Below the pieces are notes generated by a model. It saw nothing but the letters and a program-made list of their open reading frames with translations, ran no database searches and had not been told where the DNA came from. From assembly GCA_964448235.1 (NCBI GenBank), contig CAYUWD010000001.1:1-62358 (forward strand): a stretch of DNA of 62,358 nucleotides, given 5' to 3'. This stretch comes from an uncultured Bacteroidales bacterium. GTDB lineage: Bacteria > Bacteroidota > Bacteroidia > Bacteroidales > ML635J-15. The position numbers and the translations under genes are program-made. This document shows, piece by piece, positions 17,943 through 28,020 of this stretch. The number at the start of each line of letters is the position of its first letter. Within the stretch, counting starts at the first letter, position 1.

Positions 17943-20843
17943 TTAGATAATGTATTTATAATCAACAGGGATTTTTAAAATTACAAGTGTCCCTTTTGCT
18001 TCATTATTTTCATAAAGGTCGATGATCTCAAACGATGCTTTGTTTTTATTAGATTGATTTGTAATATTAAAGAAATTTGACATTGCTCCTAGTCCAATCC
18101 CTGTCGATTTTGTATGGATTTTACTTGCAGCTTTTCTTCCTATTCCACTATCCTGTATCTCAATATTCAAATAGCTATCTTTATTTTTTATTCTAATCGT
18201 AACTTCTCCACCTTCAGGTTTGTTTTCTATACCGTGTTTGACAGCATTTTCAACAAATACCTGAATACACATTTTAGGAATCAAAATATCTGTATTAATA
18301 TCTTTGGCTAAATATATTGAAAAATCAATTCGTTCTTCAAACCTAAGTTTTTGAAGTTCTAAATAATCTTCTACTACACTAATTTCTTCAGCAAGACTAC
18401 GAACAATTGTATCTTTATTGCTTAAAGAGCTCCGAAGCAAGCGTGTAACTTTTACATAATAATCATAGGCTTTTTCGTTATTATTTAATTGGACTTCTGT
18501 TCCAATTGCCGAAATAGCATTAAATACAAAATGAGGGTCAAGTTGTGCATTTACTGTATTCATCTGCATTGATACTAACATTTTCTCAACCTTCTGTTTT
18601 TCTTTTTCTTTTTTCCTTTTACGATTCAAATAGAGATAGGTAAAGAGAATAACAATAAAAACAGATAAAATAATTATTATAATTAAAAACCAAACTGTTT
18701 GCCAAAAAGCCGGTACAATATGAATTTTAATTACAGCAGGTTTTTTTGTCCAGTTTCCAAACTCATCGCAAGCAATTACTTCAAATGTATAATGTCCGGG
18801 AGAAAGGTTTGTAAACATTACCTCACCCGTATTTATTTCATTCCACTCATTATTGTAACCCTGAAGTCTATATTTATATTTTACTCTTTCAGGACATTCA
18901 TAATCAACAGCATGAAAATTTATTATTATATTATTGTTATCCCATGTTAAGTGATAAATACTGTCCTGATTGATTGGGAATGTACATTTTTCTTCCCAAT
19001 GAAGGTCTTTTCCCGAAGCCGACAAAGAGTAAATATACACAGGTGGAGGCAAAGTGTCAATCTTTAGTTTCTCTGGCATAAATTTAACAACACTTTCTGA
19101 TGTAGGAATCCACACATTTCCTTTTGAGTCAACAAAGGTTCCGTTTTGTCCGCATTCCTTACCTATAAAACCATTATAGCGGTCAAAGAAGTACATACTG
19201 TTTTTACTCCCGGACATATATTTTTCAATGTCAACATAAAGTATTCCGGTTGTATTACCTGCAACTATGTGCGTATCTTTATAATTATTGATAAATGTAA
19301 ATGCCCCTTCATAAACTTTAGTTATTGTGCTATAATCATATATAAACAAGCCTGTTTTATTCCCAAGCCACATATTACCGTTCACATCCCGCCTGCAACT
19401 CACAAACGGGGTATTGTACAAAACATGTTCAGATTCTAAATCAGAAAGAGTGTCACCATCATACAGAAAGATTTTTGCGTTTGTACAAAACCATAATTGT
19501 CCGTATTTATCTTGTTCTATATCCAGTACGTTGTGTCCTTCAGTTTGGATATTTTTAATTATTTTATTTTTTTCGGTATTATATAAATAAATGCCATTGT
19601 TTGTGCCAAAATAAATAATATTTCTAAGACTGTCTTCATAAACACAAAAAGGTGTAAAGTAAATCATTGATATAAATTCCTGCGAACTTTCATTACCAAT
19701 AAATGATCCATGTGACATTGGTATTATCCACTGCCCGTTATTTCGGCAATACCCGTCCATATAAAAAAGTGATGGTAAATCTTCAGGTAAGCCTTTTATT
19801 TTTAAATTTACTTTTTCCAGCTTATTGTTACCTCTTATCTTATATATTTTTCCTGCATATGATGCAAATACAATATCATTTTCCGGAGTTTCAAATATTG
19901 ACCATACGTATTTGGGCATCTCGTCTTTTTCGGTATAATTTTCAAATGCAGTGGAGTTTAATACATATAAACCGTTTTCTGTTGCAAAAAACATACTATT
20001 GTTGTATTCAACAATATCATTAATCTGTACGTCAGGGATTGAATTAGCATCAAGCAAATTGATTTCTTCATCAAACATAGCCCACGTATCTTGATTAGTT
20101 TCAATTACATATTTATATCCATCAAGCGTAAATAAAAATGAGTAGAGATCACTAGTTGTCTCATGTATTTTTGTAGCAATGTTTTTCGAATAATCAAACT
20201 TTATTATGCAGAAGTTATCATTATCTTTAATAAAATAATAAGCAGTGTTTGCTTTATTATGATCAATAAATACGTAATAATTGCTTTTGATAATTTGTTC
20301 AATATTTCCATTCTGATAAGCATACAAACTGTTATACAGACTCAAATAACAAGCACTATCAGAGATATATTTAAAATCGGCAATATTACATGTGTCAGAC
20401 ATTGCGAATAAAGTAGTGAGATTCGTATTTGAATACTTATAAACTTTGCTTTTTGTTGCAATAATAAAATCATCAGAATCGTTTATTTTTCTGACCCTTT
20501 TAATTTTTTCTTCACCGGAATTGTATATTTCTTCAAATCCGTTAGAAATATTTTTTAAAATTGATTCTCCGGTATAATAATAAAGTGTATCATTAATTTC
20601 AAAAATTCCCCTAACATATTGATCGTTTTGGTTCTGTTCTTTAAAAGATACAAAATTTTTGCCGTCAAACCTGCATATCCCACCTTTTGTCCCAAGCCAC
20701 AGAAAGCCATAATGATCAACATAAAGATCCATTACCTGGTTTTGTGGCAAGCCTTCAAAAATTGTGTATTGTCTATAGGAGTAGTGCTGGGCAAATACTA
20801 TTGCGGATAGGAAAACAAAAAATATAGAAAGACTTCTTTTCAT
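17943..20843 (-). CDS. LytS-type sensor histidine kinase with periplasmic beta-propeller and Y_Y_Y domains (966 aa)
   Basis: ATG 20843 preferred over TTG 20864. GLPQNQV..DHYGFLWLGT propeller; YKYRLQG..YTFEVIA Y_Y_Y; TM; AQLDPHFVFNA His_kinase; VENAVKHG, DSGIG. Confidence 0.93.
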   Translation of the reverse strand: MKRSLSIFFVFLSAIVFAQHYSYRQYTIFEGLPQNQVMDLYVDHYGFLWLGTKGGICRFDGKNFVSFKEQNQNDQYVRGIFEINDTLYYYTGESILKNISNGFEEIYNSGEEKIKRVRKINDSDDFIIATKSKVYKYSNTNLTTLFAMSDTCNIADFKYISDSACYLSLYNSLYAYQNGNIEQIIKSNYYVFIDHNKANTAYYFIKDNDNFCIIKFDYSKNIATKIHETTSDLYSFLFTLDGYKYVIETNQDTWAMFDEEINLLDANSIPDVQINDIVEYNNSMFFATENGLYVLNSTAFENYTEKDEMPKYVWSIFETPENDIVFASYAGKIYKIRGNNKLEKVNLKIKGLPEDLPSLFYMDGYCRNNGQWIIPMSHGSFIGNESSQEFISMIYFTPFCVYEDSLRNIIYFGTNNGIYLYNTEKNKIIKNIQTEGHNVLDIEQDKYGQLWFCTNAKIFLYDGDTLSDLESEHVLYNTPFVSCRRDVNGNMWLGNKTGLFIYDYSTITKVYEGAFTFINNYKDTHIVAGNTTGILYVDIEKYMSGSKNSMYFFDRYNGFIGKECGQNGTFVDSKGNVWIPTSESVVKFMPEKLKIDTLPPPVYIYSLSASGKDLHWEEKCTFPINQDSIYHLTWDNNNIIINFHAVDYECPERVKYKYRLQGYNNEWNEINTGEVMFTNLSPGHYTFEVIACDEFGNWTKKPAVIKIHIVPAFWQTVWFLIIIIILSVFIVILFTYLYLNRKRKKEKEKQKVEKMLVSMQMNTVNAQLDPHFVFNAISAIGTEVQLNNNEKAYDYYVKVTRLLRSSLSNKDTIVRSLAEEISVVEDYLELQKLRFEERIDFSIYLAKDINTDILIPKMCIQVFVENAVKHGIENKPEGGEVTIRIKNKDSYLNIEIQDSGIGRKAASKIHTKSTGIGLGAMSNFFNITNQSNKNKASFEIIDLYENNEAKGTLVILKIPVDYKYII

Positions 20844-20874
20844 TAACTTTTTTGAACAATGCAAAATTTCGATA

Positions 20875-20882
20875 CAAACATA
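20875..20882 (-). promoter_or_regulatory. -7 promoter box (TATGTTTG) for the kinase gene
   Basis: TAnnTTTG match about 30 bp upstream of the ATG. Confidence 0.5.
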
Positions 20883-20891
20883 TATAAAAAA

Positions 20892-21298
20892 GACACTATC
20901 TCACTATGTGTATAAATTAAATAGTTTTTTAACAATTAACATTTTAATCTGGCATCAAATATAATTAAATTTGGTTAAGGACAATACCCCTGTTGTTTCT
21001 GATAGGTAGAGTTCATATCTTAATAGCATCTCTTAGAGCAAGGTAAGTTAATTTAATAAATACTTCGTCTGTTGGGAATAATACCAATATAACCACATAA
21101 TGCCGCATATAAATTGATTGTTTTTAGTGCATTTTCTAATTATATTCAATAAAAACTGGTATTATAGATTGTTTTTTGTTTGCAAAAGGGAACTCAAAGA
21201 AATCAGTCAAGTTTCCTATTTATTCGAAATTGTTTAATTAAGTGTGTCGGTTTAGATTTCCTTCATGTCTTTAGGAGACTAAATAAATATTACACAAA
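20892..21298 (-). mobile_element. Decayed IS256-family relic (frameshifted transposase C-terminus plus a probable terminal repeat)
   Basis: Minus-strand fragments DMKEI (21255-21269), NLTDFFEFPFA (21181-21213), FPTDEVFIKLTYLALRDAIK (21019-21078), then TLPIRN..GIVLNQ and IIFDARLK, in IS256 order; GACACTATC..TGTGTATAA end at 20892. Confidence 0.78.
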
Positions 21299-21302
21299 TC
21301 CA

Positions 21303-22757
21303 CTAAAACTTCTGCTCTTCTATATCAAAAATCTTCATTCTATCGAATTCCAGCCAATATACAATAGCTAGCTCTCTAATTCTAAGCCAGTAATCAGGAG
21401 TTAAATTTCCATACAGTTTTATAGCTTCTTTAACATCATTTTGGATTTGTTTACAATATTTATCTTTTAAACGAAGTTTTATTTTTTGATCCTTAAATTG
21501 AAAATCTGCTTCAGGTCTTTTAAATTCGTTGTCAGAAATTTCAATTAATCCATGACCAATTGTAGCTCCTACACTGACTTGCAAACCGTCATTCATACAA
21601 CTTGTAGGTGGATTTGTGCCAGCATATGAAGTAATCATTATATCATCAACTCCGATATTAAAATATTCTCTTACTCTGATACCCATTTTAACCCCAATAA
21701 TTGCATAAATCCCTAAATGTCCGTGTAATTCATTCGTTAAAACTCCAGCACGCCATTCTGTTCGTCCATATTTTTCAATAACATCCTGCATGTTAACAGC
21801 AACATCTTCAGCATATAACTCCTTATCTATTGGAAAAACAGAAAATACTTTACACTCCTTTGTTGTCTTACTGTTTAAAATCTCATAAAAACAATTATTT
21901 ATTTCTTTAACATTCTCTGTTTTTGGTAGAACTAAACTAACATTTCCATCATTATCATTCTGATTAAAATATTGAGGATATAACAAATAAACAGGTATCA
22001 AATCGTCCCAAAACTTCAATTTCGATTTTGCTATGATATCACTATAGGCACCATTTACATGTGTATTATAAATTTTATTTACATACTTATTTACTTTCTT
22101 AGCAACAAGACTAAGATAATAATCCCCAAGTATAAATTCTTCATTATCATTATTACTAACTACAATTTTTTCAATTTTCGATTTGCTAAATTCTTCAGCT
22201 GCCAGAATATCCAATTCATAATTAAAGCCACTTCCGGCAAGATAATCATCACAATACCATATAATTTTCTCTATTTGAGATGCTAAATCATTATCTTTTA
22301 AGACTTCAACAATATTTGTCAATGGCCCAAGACATATAAGTAAAACTTTTTCTTCTTCTCCAATAATAGAATTACGAATTAAGTCTTTTGCTCCTTGCTT
22401 TTCAGGTATTTTGATTTCTTCTGAACTTCCCCAAGAAACTGAAAGATTTAATTCGTGACAGGCAGTTTTTTTTATTGAATTATTTTCTCCATAAGCCACA
22501 GCAATCCCCTGATGTCCAAAATCATCAAGCAAAGAGGTAACTTTAATATATCCTTCACGAGGCGTTAAGACTCCATCTGATGTTGTAATTGCCAAAACTT
22601 CAAATTCCGGCGAAGCTAATATCATGCACAATGTTCTTAGGTCATCGGCTGCACAATCTGTATCAACAATTGTGTGATATCTGGCTTTCCCTGAATGTGC
22701 ATAAGTTGAAAGTGAAAATAGTGTTATTAAAAAAATTGGAAAAAGTATTCTTTTCAT
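21303..22757 (-). CDS. Secreted inosine/uridine-preferring nucleoside hydrolase fused to an FmdE-like domain
   Basis: Signal peptide; DTDCAADD (DxDxxxDD) and GPLTN motifs; C-terminal LHGHLG...SCMNDGLQVSVGATIGHG. Confidence 0.85.
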   Translation of the reverse strand: MKRILFPIFLITLFSLSTYAHSGKARYHTIVDTDCAADDLRTLCMILASPEFEVLAITTSDGVLTPREGYIKVTSLLDDFGHQGIAVAYGENNSIKKTACHELNLSVSWGSSEEIKIPEKQGAKDLIRNSIIGEEEKVLLICLGPLTNIVEVLKDNDLASQIEKIIWYCDDYLAGSGFNYELDILAAEEFSKSKIEKIVVSNNDNEEFILGDYYLSLVAKKVNKYVNKIYNTHVNGAYSDIIAKSKLKFWDDLIPVYLLYPQYFNQNDNDGNVSLVLPKTENVKEINNCFYEILNSKTTKECKVFSVFPIDKELYAEDVAVNMQDVIEKYGRTEWRAGVLTNELHGHLGIYAIIGVKMGIRVREYFNIGVDDIMITSYAGTNPPTSCMNDGLQVSVGATIGHGLIEISDNEFKRPEADFQFKDQKIKLRLKDKYCKQIQNDVKEAIKLYGNLTPDYWLRIRELAIVYWLEFDRMKIFDIEEQKF

Positions 22758-24625
22758 TATTTAAGCTTATTAAAATATAAATTAATTCCTGCAAAAACAT
22801 TTATCCCCGGCATTGGGTACTGGTAATTTATTTCATATTCCGAATTTAAAAGGTTATTTCCTGCAATATATATGTCAATATAATTATTATGCTTATAATT
22901 TACTCTTGCATTAACTATCAAATAATTTTCCTTTATAATATTATTTTCAGCAACTGATGTATAAAGTCCATGTATATACTGAGTATTTGCGCTGAAAGAG
23001 AATTTATTCCATTTATATGTTGCACTAAAATATCCTTGATGTTCAGGAGATGCAATTATAGGTTTTTCCATGTATAAGTAACTATAATTTAAATGGAATT
23101 GCATATTACTATTTAACCTGTAATTGGTTGCAAACTCTATACCACTATTTGTAAATTCCCCAGTATTCATATGCTTAGGAACTCCACCTTCGAAAACAGT
23201 TTTAATCATATTTTCTCCTGTAATATAAAAACAACTGATTTCAAAATCAACTTTATTCTTAACATTTTGAAGATAACTAAACTCATAATTCATTAACTCT
23301 TCGGGTAACAAATTGGCATTTGCTGGTGCCCAAAGATACAATTCTCGAATTGTCGGACTACGAAACCCCTTTGATGCAATACCTTTAAATGTCGTATTTG
23401 CGTTCAAATTGTATGATAAACCGGCTTGTGGCACCCACTGATTACCATAAACACTATGATACTCAGAACGAATACCTGCATTCAATATTAGTTTTTGTTT
23501 TATATTTTGCTGACTCATAACATAAACTCCGGTTTCAGTAAGTGTTGTATCTCCAAATATCATCCCAGCTCCCATCATAGCTTCAGTATTTTCAGCAATT
23601 CCTCCAAAAGTTTTATAATCAACACCAATAGTTGTAGAATTACCTTTAAAAAATTTAAAAGATTCATATAACATTAGTCCTGAATTAATATCATTCGAAT
23701 GAAAACCATCATACAGATAATGCTCTCCAAAATTATGAAATACTTTAACTGCACCAGACATTTTATCATAATTATTTTCAATTGTAAAAGATGCTTTACC
23801 ACGTAAAATATCAATCCAATGTCCATAGTTTTGAAATGTAGTATCAATTGTGTTTATTGGACCGGGATCACATGTATAAAATTTTGCAACATTAAAGTCA
23901 ATTGTAGATTTTACATTTTCATTTAACCTATACAATATTTTAGCGTATGCATTATCTATTTTAAATTTTGAATTTTCTCTATGTCCATCAGTTTGATCAT
24001 GATTATATGAGATAAAAGCAGAAAATTTATTCTTTTTATATCCTGCACTTGCCATATACTTTTGAGTATTAAAAGAGCCATAAGATACTTTCCCTTTTAA
24101 AGATAATCCATCTTGCTTTTGTTTCTTAGTAATGATATTTATCACTCCACCCATAGCACCAGAACCATAAAGAATTGATGCCGGACCTTTTATAATTTCA
24201 ACTCTGTCAACATCAGACGAAACATAAGAATCCGGTAATGGGTGCCCCATAATCCCCATATATTGAGGATGACCATCTAGTAACATTAAAACCTGTGTAT
24301 TTGGACTACCTCCAATTCCACGAATACTAATCTGTCCGGCGGATCCATCAGCAACACCAAAACCGGTAACACCTCTTTCAGTTACAAATACACCCGGCAC
24401 ACGCTCACTAATAACCGGCAACAAAGCAGACTCATTTGTATTTTCTATTTCTTTTTCGTTAATAATTGAAATTGTCATCGGAATATTATTCCTGATTACT
24501 TCTGTTTTTGTTCCAGATATTACAACCTCTTTTAACCTAATAGTATCTTTAGTAATTTCTTGTCCATATAGAACAAAGCTAAATCCAAAAATTACGAATA
24601 ATGCTAATAAACTTTGTTTAATCAT
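22757..24625 (-). CDS. TonB-dependent receptor (BtuB-like size)
   Basis: Plug motif RVEIIKGPASILYGSGAMGGVINIITK; NLLN..Y...YPMPGINVFAGI C-terminus; TAATG stop/start overlap with the downstream gene. Confidence 0.93.
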   Translation of the reverse strand: MIKQSLLALFVIFGFSFVLYGQEITKDTIRLKEVVISGTKTEVIRNNIPMTISIINEKEIENTNESALLPVISERVPGVFVTERGVTGFGVADGSAGQISIRGIGGSPNTQVLMLLDGHPQYMGIMGHPLPDSYVSSDVDRVEIIKGPASILYGSGAMGGVINIITKKQKQDGLSLKGKVSYGSFNTQKYMASAGYKKNKFSAFISYNHDQTDGHRENSKFKIDNAYAKILYRLNENVKSTIDFNVAKFYTCDPGPINTIDTTFQNYGHWIDILRGKASFTIENNYDKMSGAVKVFHNFGEHYLYDGFHSNDINSGLMLYESFKFFKGNSTTIGVDYKTFGGIAENTEAMMGAGMIFGDTTLTETGVYVMSQQNIKQKLILNAGIRSEYHSVYGNQWVPQAGLSYNLNANTTFKGIASKGFRSPTIRELYLWAPANANLLPEELMNYEFSYLQNVKNKVDFEISCFYITGENMIKTVFEGGVPKHMNTGEFTNSGIEFATNYRLNSNMQFHLNYSYLYMEKPIIASPEHQGYFSATYKWNKFSFSANTQYIHGLYTSVAENNIIKENYLIVNARVNYKHNNYIDIYIAGNNLLNSEYEINYQYPMPGINVFAGINLYFNKLK

Positions 24626-24646
24626 AATACATAAATATTTATCTCA

Positions 24647-24654
24647 CAAAGATA
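24647..24654 (-). promoter_or_regulatory. -7 promoter box (TATCTTTG) for the TonB receptor
   Basis: TAnnTTTG match 22 bp upstream of the ATG. Confidence 0.6.
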
Positions 24655-24692
24655 AAACAAACAAATTACATATTACGCTAATTGTCTGATTT

Positions 24693-24720
24693 TCAAGTTG
24701 TTAAACTTTTAACAACTTGA
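24693..24720. promoter_or_regulatory. Perfect 13-2-13 palindrome, candidate operator
   Basis: TCAAGTTGTTAAA-CT-TTTAACAACTTGA. Confidence 0.55.
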
Positions 24721-24875
24721 TAAACTACTGATATTTAGAGAATAATAATATCTAAAATATTTTCTATTCTATATATATGCTCCCAAAACAATTATTATAT
24801 AGATATGATTAGACATAATAAACCAATCACCCGAATAAACACTTTTATGATATTTATTTACAATTTCAAAATATC

Positions 24876-26492
24876 TTAATTCACAATCAATCGTTTTGTA
24901 TTAACTTTTGATTTATCCTGAACCTTAACAAAATAACATCCTGCATTTATTTCACCTAATGAAAGATTAATCAAATTACTTGTAGATTCTTTGGTAAAGA
25001 CTAAACGCCCACGTAAGTCATAAATCTCAATTATTCTATTTTGTTCATTATTAAATTCCAGTATTACCAAATTATCAGCAGGTTGTGGATACAGTTTAAA
25101 ATCATTAGCATTATTTTCAGTAATATTTGAAACATTTACATCATGAGCATAAGCTCTGATAGTAAGGTCTCTTTCTCTATCAACGACATCGTTACCATAA
25201 GCAAACCATGATGCTCCTGTACTACTGATCCAACAAACTCCTGCCTCAATCTGGGGATCTGCATAACCATCAGAAAACTTTTCAAATGGAATAGGGTAAT
25301 TGTATCCGGGAGTATTATACTCAACTTTTACGTAAAAGTCTTCACCCTCAGCAAGAAGAATTGGGCTAGGAATCTCATAAGAATAATATCCTGGATAGTC
25401 AACAGTAAAAGGCCCTAAAGTTGTTAAAAGATTTGAAAGAGTATTATCTACTTTGTCATCGTATACCTCAAAACTTATAGTTGCTCCTTCAGTATTGACA
25501 TAAGTACCAAGACCATTAATTTCATTTTCGCCACCTGTTACAAATTTTACAAGGCCATAACCAGTTTCTGCACTATATCCGGTATTGCTTATCCAACCAA
25601 GCTCATTGTACATATAAATTGTATCTCCCGGGATTACTTCTTTATATCCCGGAAAAGCAGCTACACTGGTTAGGTATTTTGTATCATTATATGATATATA
25701 GAAATAACCATTATCTCCCCAATCATCATCCCATGAGTTTCGTACAATCCATGCACCTGTACCACCAGCAGTTACTAAATTATCATCCCAGCCACATAAT
25801 AAAACAGCATGGTCTGTATCTTCAGCACCATCATAATAATATGTATTATCCGATGAATTATAATATACACCATCATAATACATATTAGTATATATTGCTC
25901 CATAATCAAGAACAGCTTGTTTTACAACTGCTATATCTGATGGAAATATTTTAAACTGATTAAAACAAAAATCTGTTGCACGATATTCTGTACAAGTTGC
26001 ATTTTCATCTGCATCGTAAGGTAATACTGTTTCATCAATTGGGCCGTCCATTCTTGAGAGATATGCAAATGCTTTTTTAGGACTACCACCACTACAAGTA
26101 AGATTTTCGCCCAACTCAAATCCATGACAAGTACGCATATTTTGCTCAGAAAAATCGTAAACTCCTTCTCCTGACTTTAACAAAAAACTTTCGAGTGACC
26201 CCATAGTCGTAAAAGTCCAGCATACACCACAAGCTGCCTGGTCTTTGACAGAAGTCACATATCCTTCTGAACGTAAATCATAAACAGGATCAAATTGAAC
26301 ACCCTTTACTAAATTATGTATATTTTGAAAATGTGGAGTAACATAAAACGGTATATCCCCACATACATCTTCGCCATTTAATTTCATTTGTTGCCACCTT
26401 AAAAACTCCGGGTTTACAGGTGCTTCAATATCCTGTGCAAAGTTTGAAGCCGCTAAAATAAGTGTAATAGTAATAATAAATAATCTTTTCAT
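24876..26492 (-). CDS. Papain-family (C1) cysteine peptidase + lectin-like domain + T9SS CTD (538 aa)
   Basis: VKDQAACGVCWTF, DHAVLLCGW and WIVRNSW catalytic motifs; LYPQPA CTD. ATG 26492 preferred over GTG 26540. Confidence 0.92.
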   Translation of the reverse strand: MKRLFIITITLILAASNFAQDIEAPVNPEFLRWQQMKLNGEDVCGDIPFYVTPHFQNIHNLVKGVQFDPVYDLRSEGYVTSVKDQAACGVCWTFTTMGSLESFLLKSGEGVYDFSEQNMRTCHGFELGENLTCSGGSPKKAFAYLSRMDGPIDETVLPYDADENATCTEYRATDFCFNQFKIFPSDIAVVKQAVLDYGAIYTNMYYDGVYYNSSDNTYYYDGAEDTDHAVLLCGWDDNLVTAGGTGAWIVRNSWDDDWGDNGYFYISYNDTKYLTSVAAFPGYKEVIPGDTIYMYNELGWISNTGYSAETGYGLVKFVTGGENEINGLGTYVNTEGATISFEVYDDKVDNTLSNLLTTLGPFTVDYPGYYSYEIPSPILLAEGEDFYVKVEYNTPGYNYPIPFEKFSDGYADPQIEAGVCWISSTGASWFAYGNDVVDRERDLTIRAYAHDVNVSNITENNANDFKLYPQPADNLVILEFNNEQNRIIEIYDLRGRLVFTKESTSNLINLSLGEINAGCYFVKVQDKSKVNTKRLIVN

Positions 26493-26568
26493 TTTTTCAT
26501 GTTTTCTAAAAACAAAAATAAGCAAAATAGATAAAACCACTTTGCTTATTTCAATTTATCTTTAAGGT

Positions 26569-28014
26569 TTATTCTACAATAGATACTGTATATGATTTAT
26601 CTCCAATCATCAAATGATACATTCCTGAATCGATATCATTTAATTCAATGATACTATTTGAATTATTTAATTCCCCTTGATTAACAATTTGACCTAATTG
26701 ATTTAATACCTTATATTCAATAGTTTCATTTTGCATATCACCAAGATTAACATTTAGATAATCAGATGTAGGATTTGGATAAATCTCAATATTAGTATCA
26801 TGATTAAAATCTTTAATTCCAATTGTTGGGTTTTCATAAACTTGTACAATACCGTCAGCTTCGGCATTACCCATAGCAGAAGGAGCAGATACTGCCATTA
26901 CAGCTCCATCTTCGGATAAAGCAACTGCTGTTCCCATTTTATCTTCAGGATTAAATCCGGTAATTCCACTACCTATAAGTGTCCAGTTACTACCAGAATA
27001 CTGATACATCATCACATGACCGGCATTAGAATAAGAAATATTGCTACCAGGAGCACCAATTGCAATAATATTTCCGGATGCACAAATTGCAACACCTGTT
27101 CCTGTTAAATCAGTTGCGTCAGTACTCTGAATATTTGATCCTTTTTGCACCCATACACTTCCTGTATAATTGTAAACTGCTACCATTGCATCTTCAGCAT
27201 CACCACAAATAATAGTTTCTCCATCTTCATTTAGTGCTATTGTATTTCCAAAAGTACCTGTACCATCAGCAATATTAAGACCCATTAAATCCCATTCCTC
27301 AGAAGATGAATTATATTCAAAAACCTTAACATAAGCACCTCCCGGAGCACCTGAAGCAATAATAGTACCTGCATCATTAATAGCTACTGACATTCCTAAT
27401 TGATCAAGAATATTATCACCCTGAACAGTATTACCTTTTTGTTCCCATGTGCTAGCTGAATATTCGTATACCTTAGCTGTTCCACCATAATTATCGCCGG
27501 GATCACCAGGAGTACCAATAATCACTGTATTACCATCAGCACTAATATCAACAGATTGTCCATATGTTGTGTATGCAACTGTACCTGTAATGGAATTACC
27601 TTTCTGAACCCACACACCTCCAGAATATTCATAAACAATAGCTTGTCCGTTACTTGATGCTACAGAACTCTCTCCTGGTATTCCTACAATTAAAGTATTA
27701 CCATCATCACTTAGAGCTACTGAGGTACCAAATGCATCATCATCAGCAACACCATCGATATCTGAACCTTTTTGTACCCAATTTCCACCACTTAATTCAT
27801 AAACTCTTACATGTCCTGGTGAATCTGGACTTATAGCCCCTTTATTAAACTTAGAACCAATTGCTATAACAGTGGCATCTGAGTTTAAACTTATTGCTTG
27901 CCCTGAATAATCAAAAGCAGCTTCACCAATAATATCTGCTCCAATTGGAGTCCACTGAGCAATACATAACTGGTATAATACTATACCTAATAACAATAAA
28001 ATTACTTTTTTCAT
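26569..28014 (-). CDS. T9SS-secreted FG-GAP-like beta-propeller protein
   Basis: About 7 repeats WxQxG..I.G....D..G.SV.L..DG..xAIG; IYPNPT CTD. Confidence 0.85.
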   Translation of the reverse strand: MKKVILLLLGIVLYQLCIAQWTPIGADIIGEAAFDYSGQAISLNSDATVIAIGSKFNKGAISPDSPGHVRVYELSGGNWVQKGSDIDGVADDDAFGTSVALSDDGNTLIVGIPGESSVASSNGQAIVYEYSGGVWVQKGNSITGTVAYTTYGQSVDISADGNTVIIGTPGDPGDNYGGTAKVYEYSASTWEQKGNTVQGDNILDQLGMSVAINDAGTIIASGAPGGAYVKVFEYNSSSEEWDLMGLNIADGTGTFGNTIALNEDGETIICGDAEDAMVAVYNYTGSVWVQKGSNIQSTDATDLTGTGVAICASGNIIAIGAPGSNISYSNAGHVMMYQYSGSNWTLIGSGITGFNPEDKMGTAVALSEDGAVMAVSAPSAMGNAEADGIVQVYENPTIGIKDFNHDTNIEIYPNPTSDYLNVNLGDMQNETIEYKVLNQLGQIVNQGELNNSNSIIELNDIDSGMYHLMIGDKSYTVSIVE

Positions 28015-28020
28015 TTTGTT

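Noticed and set aside
24626-24875. Cobalamin or other riboswitch upstream of the TonB receptor
   Set aside because: Very AT-rich, no conserved riboswitch core, and the -7 box is only 22 bp from the ATG.
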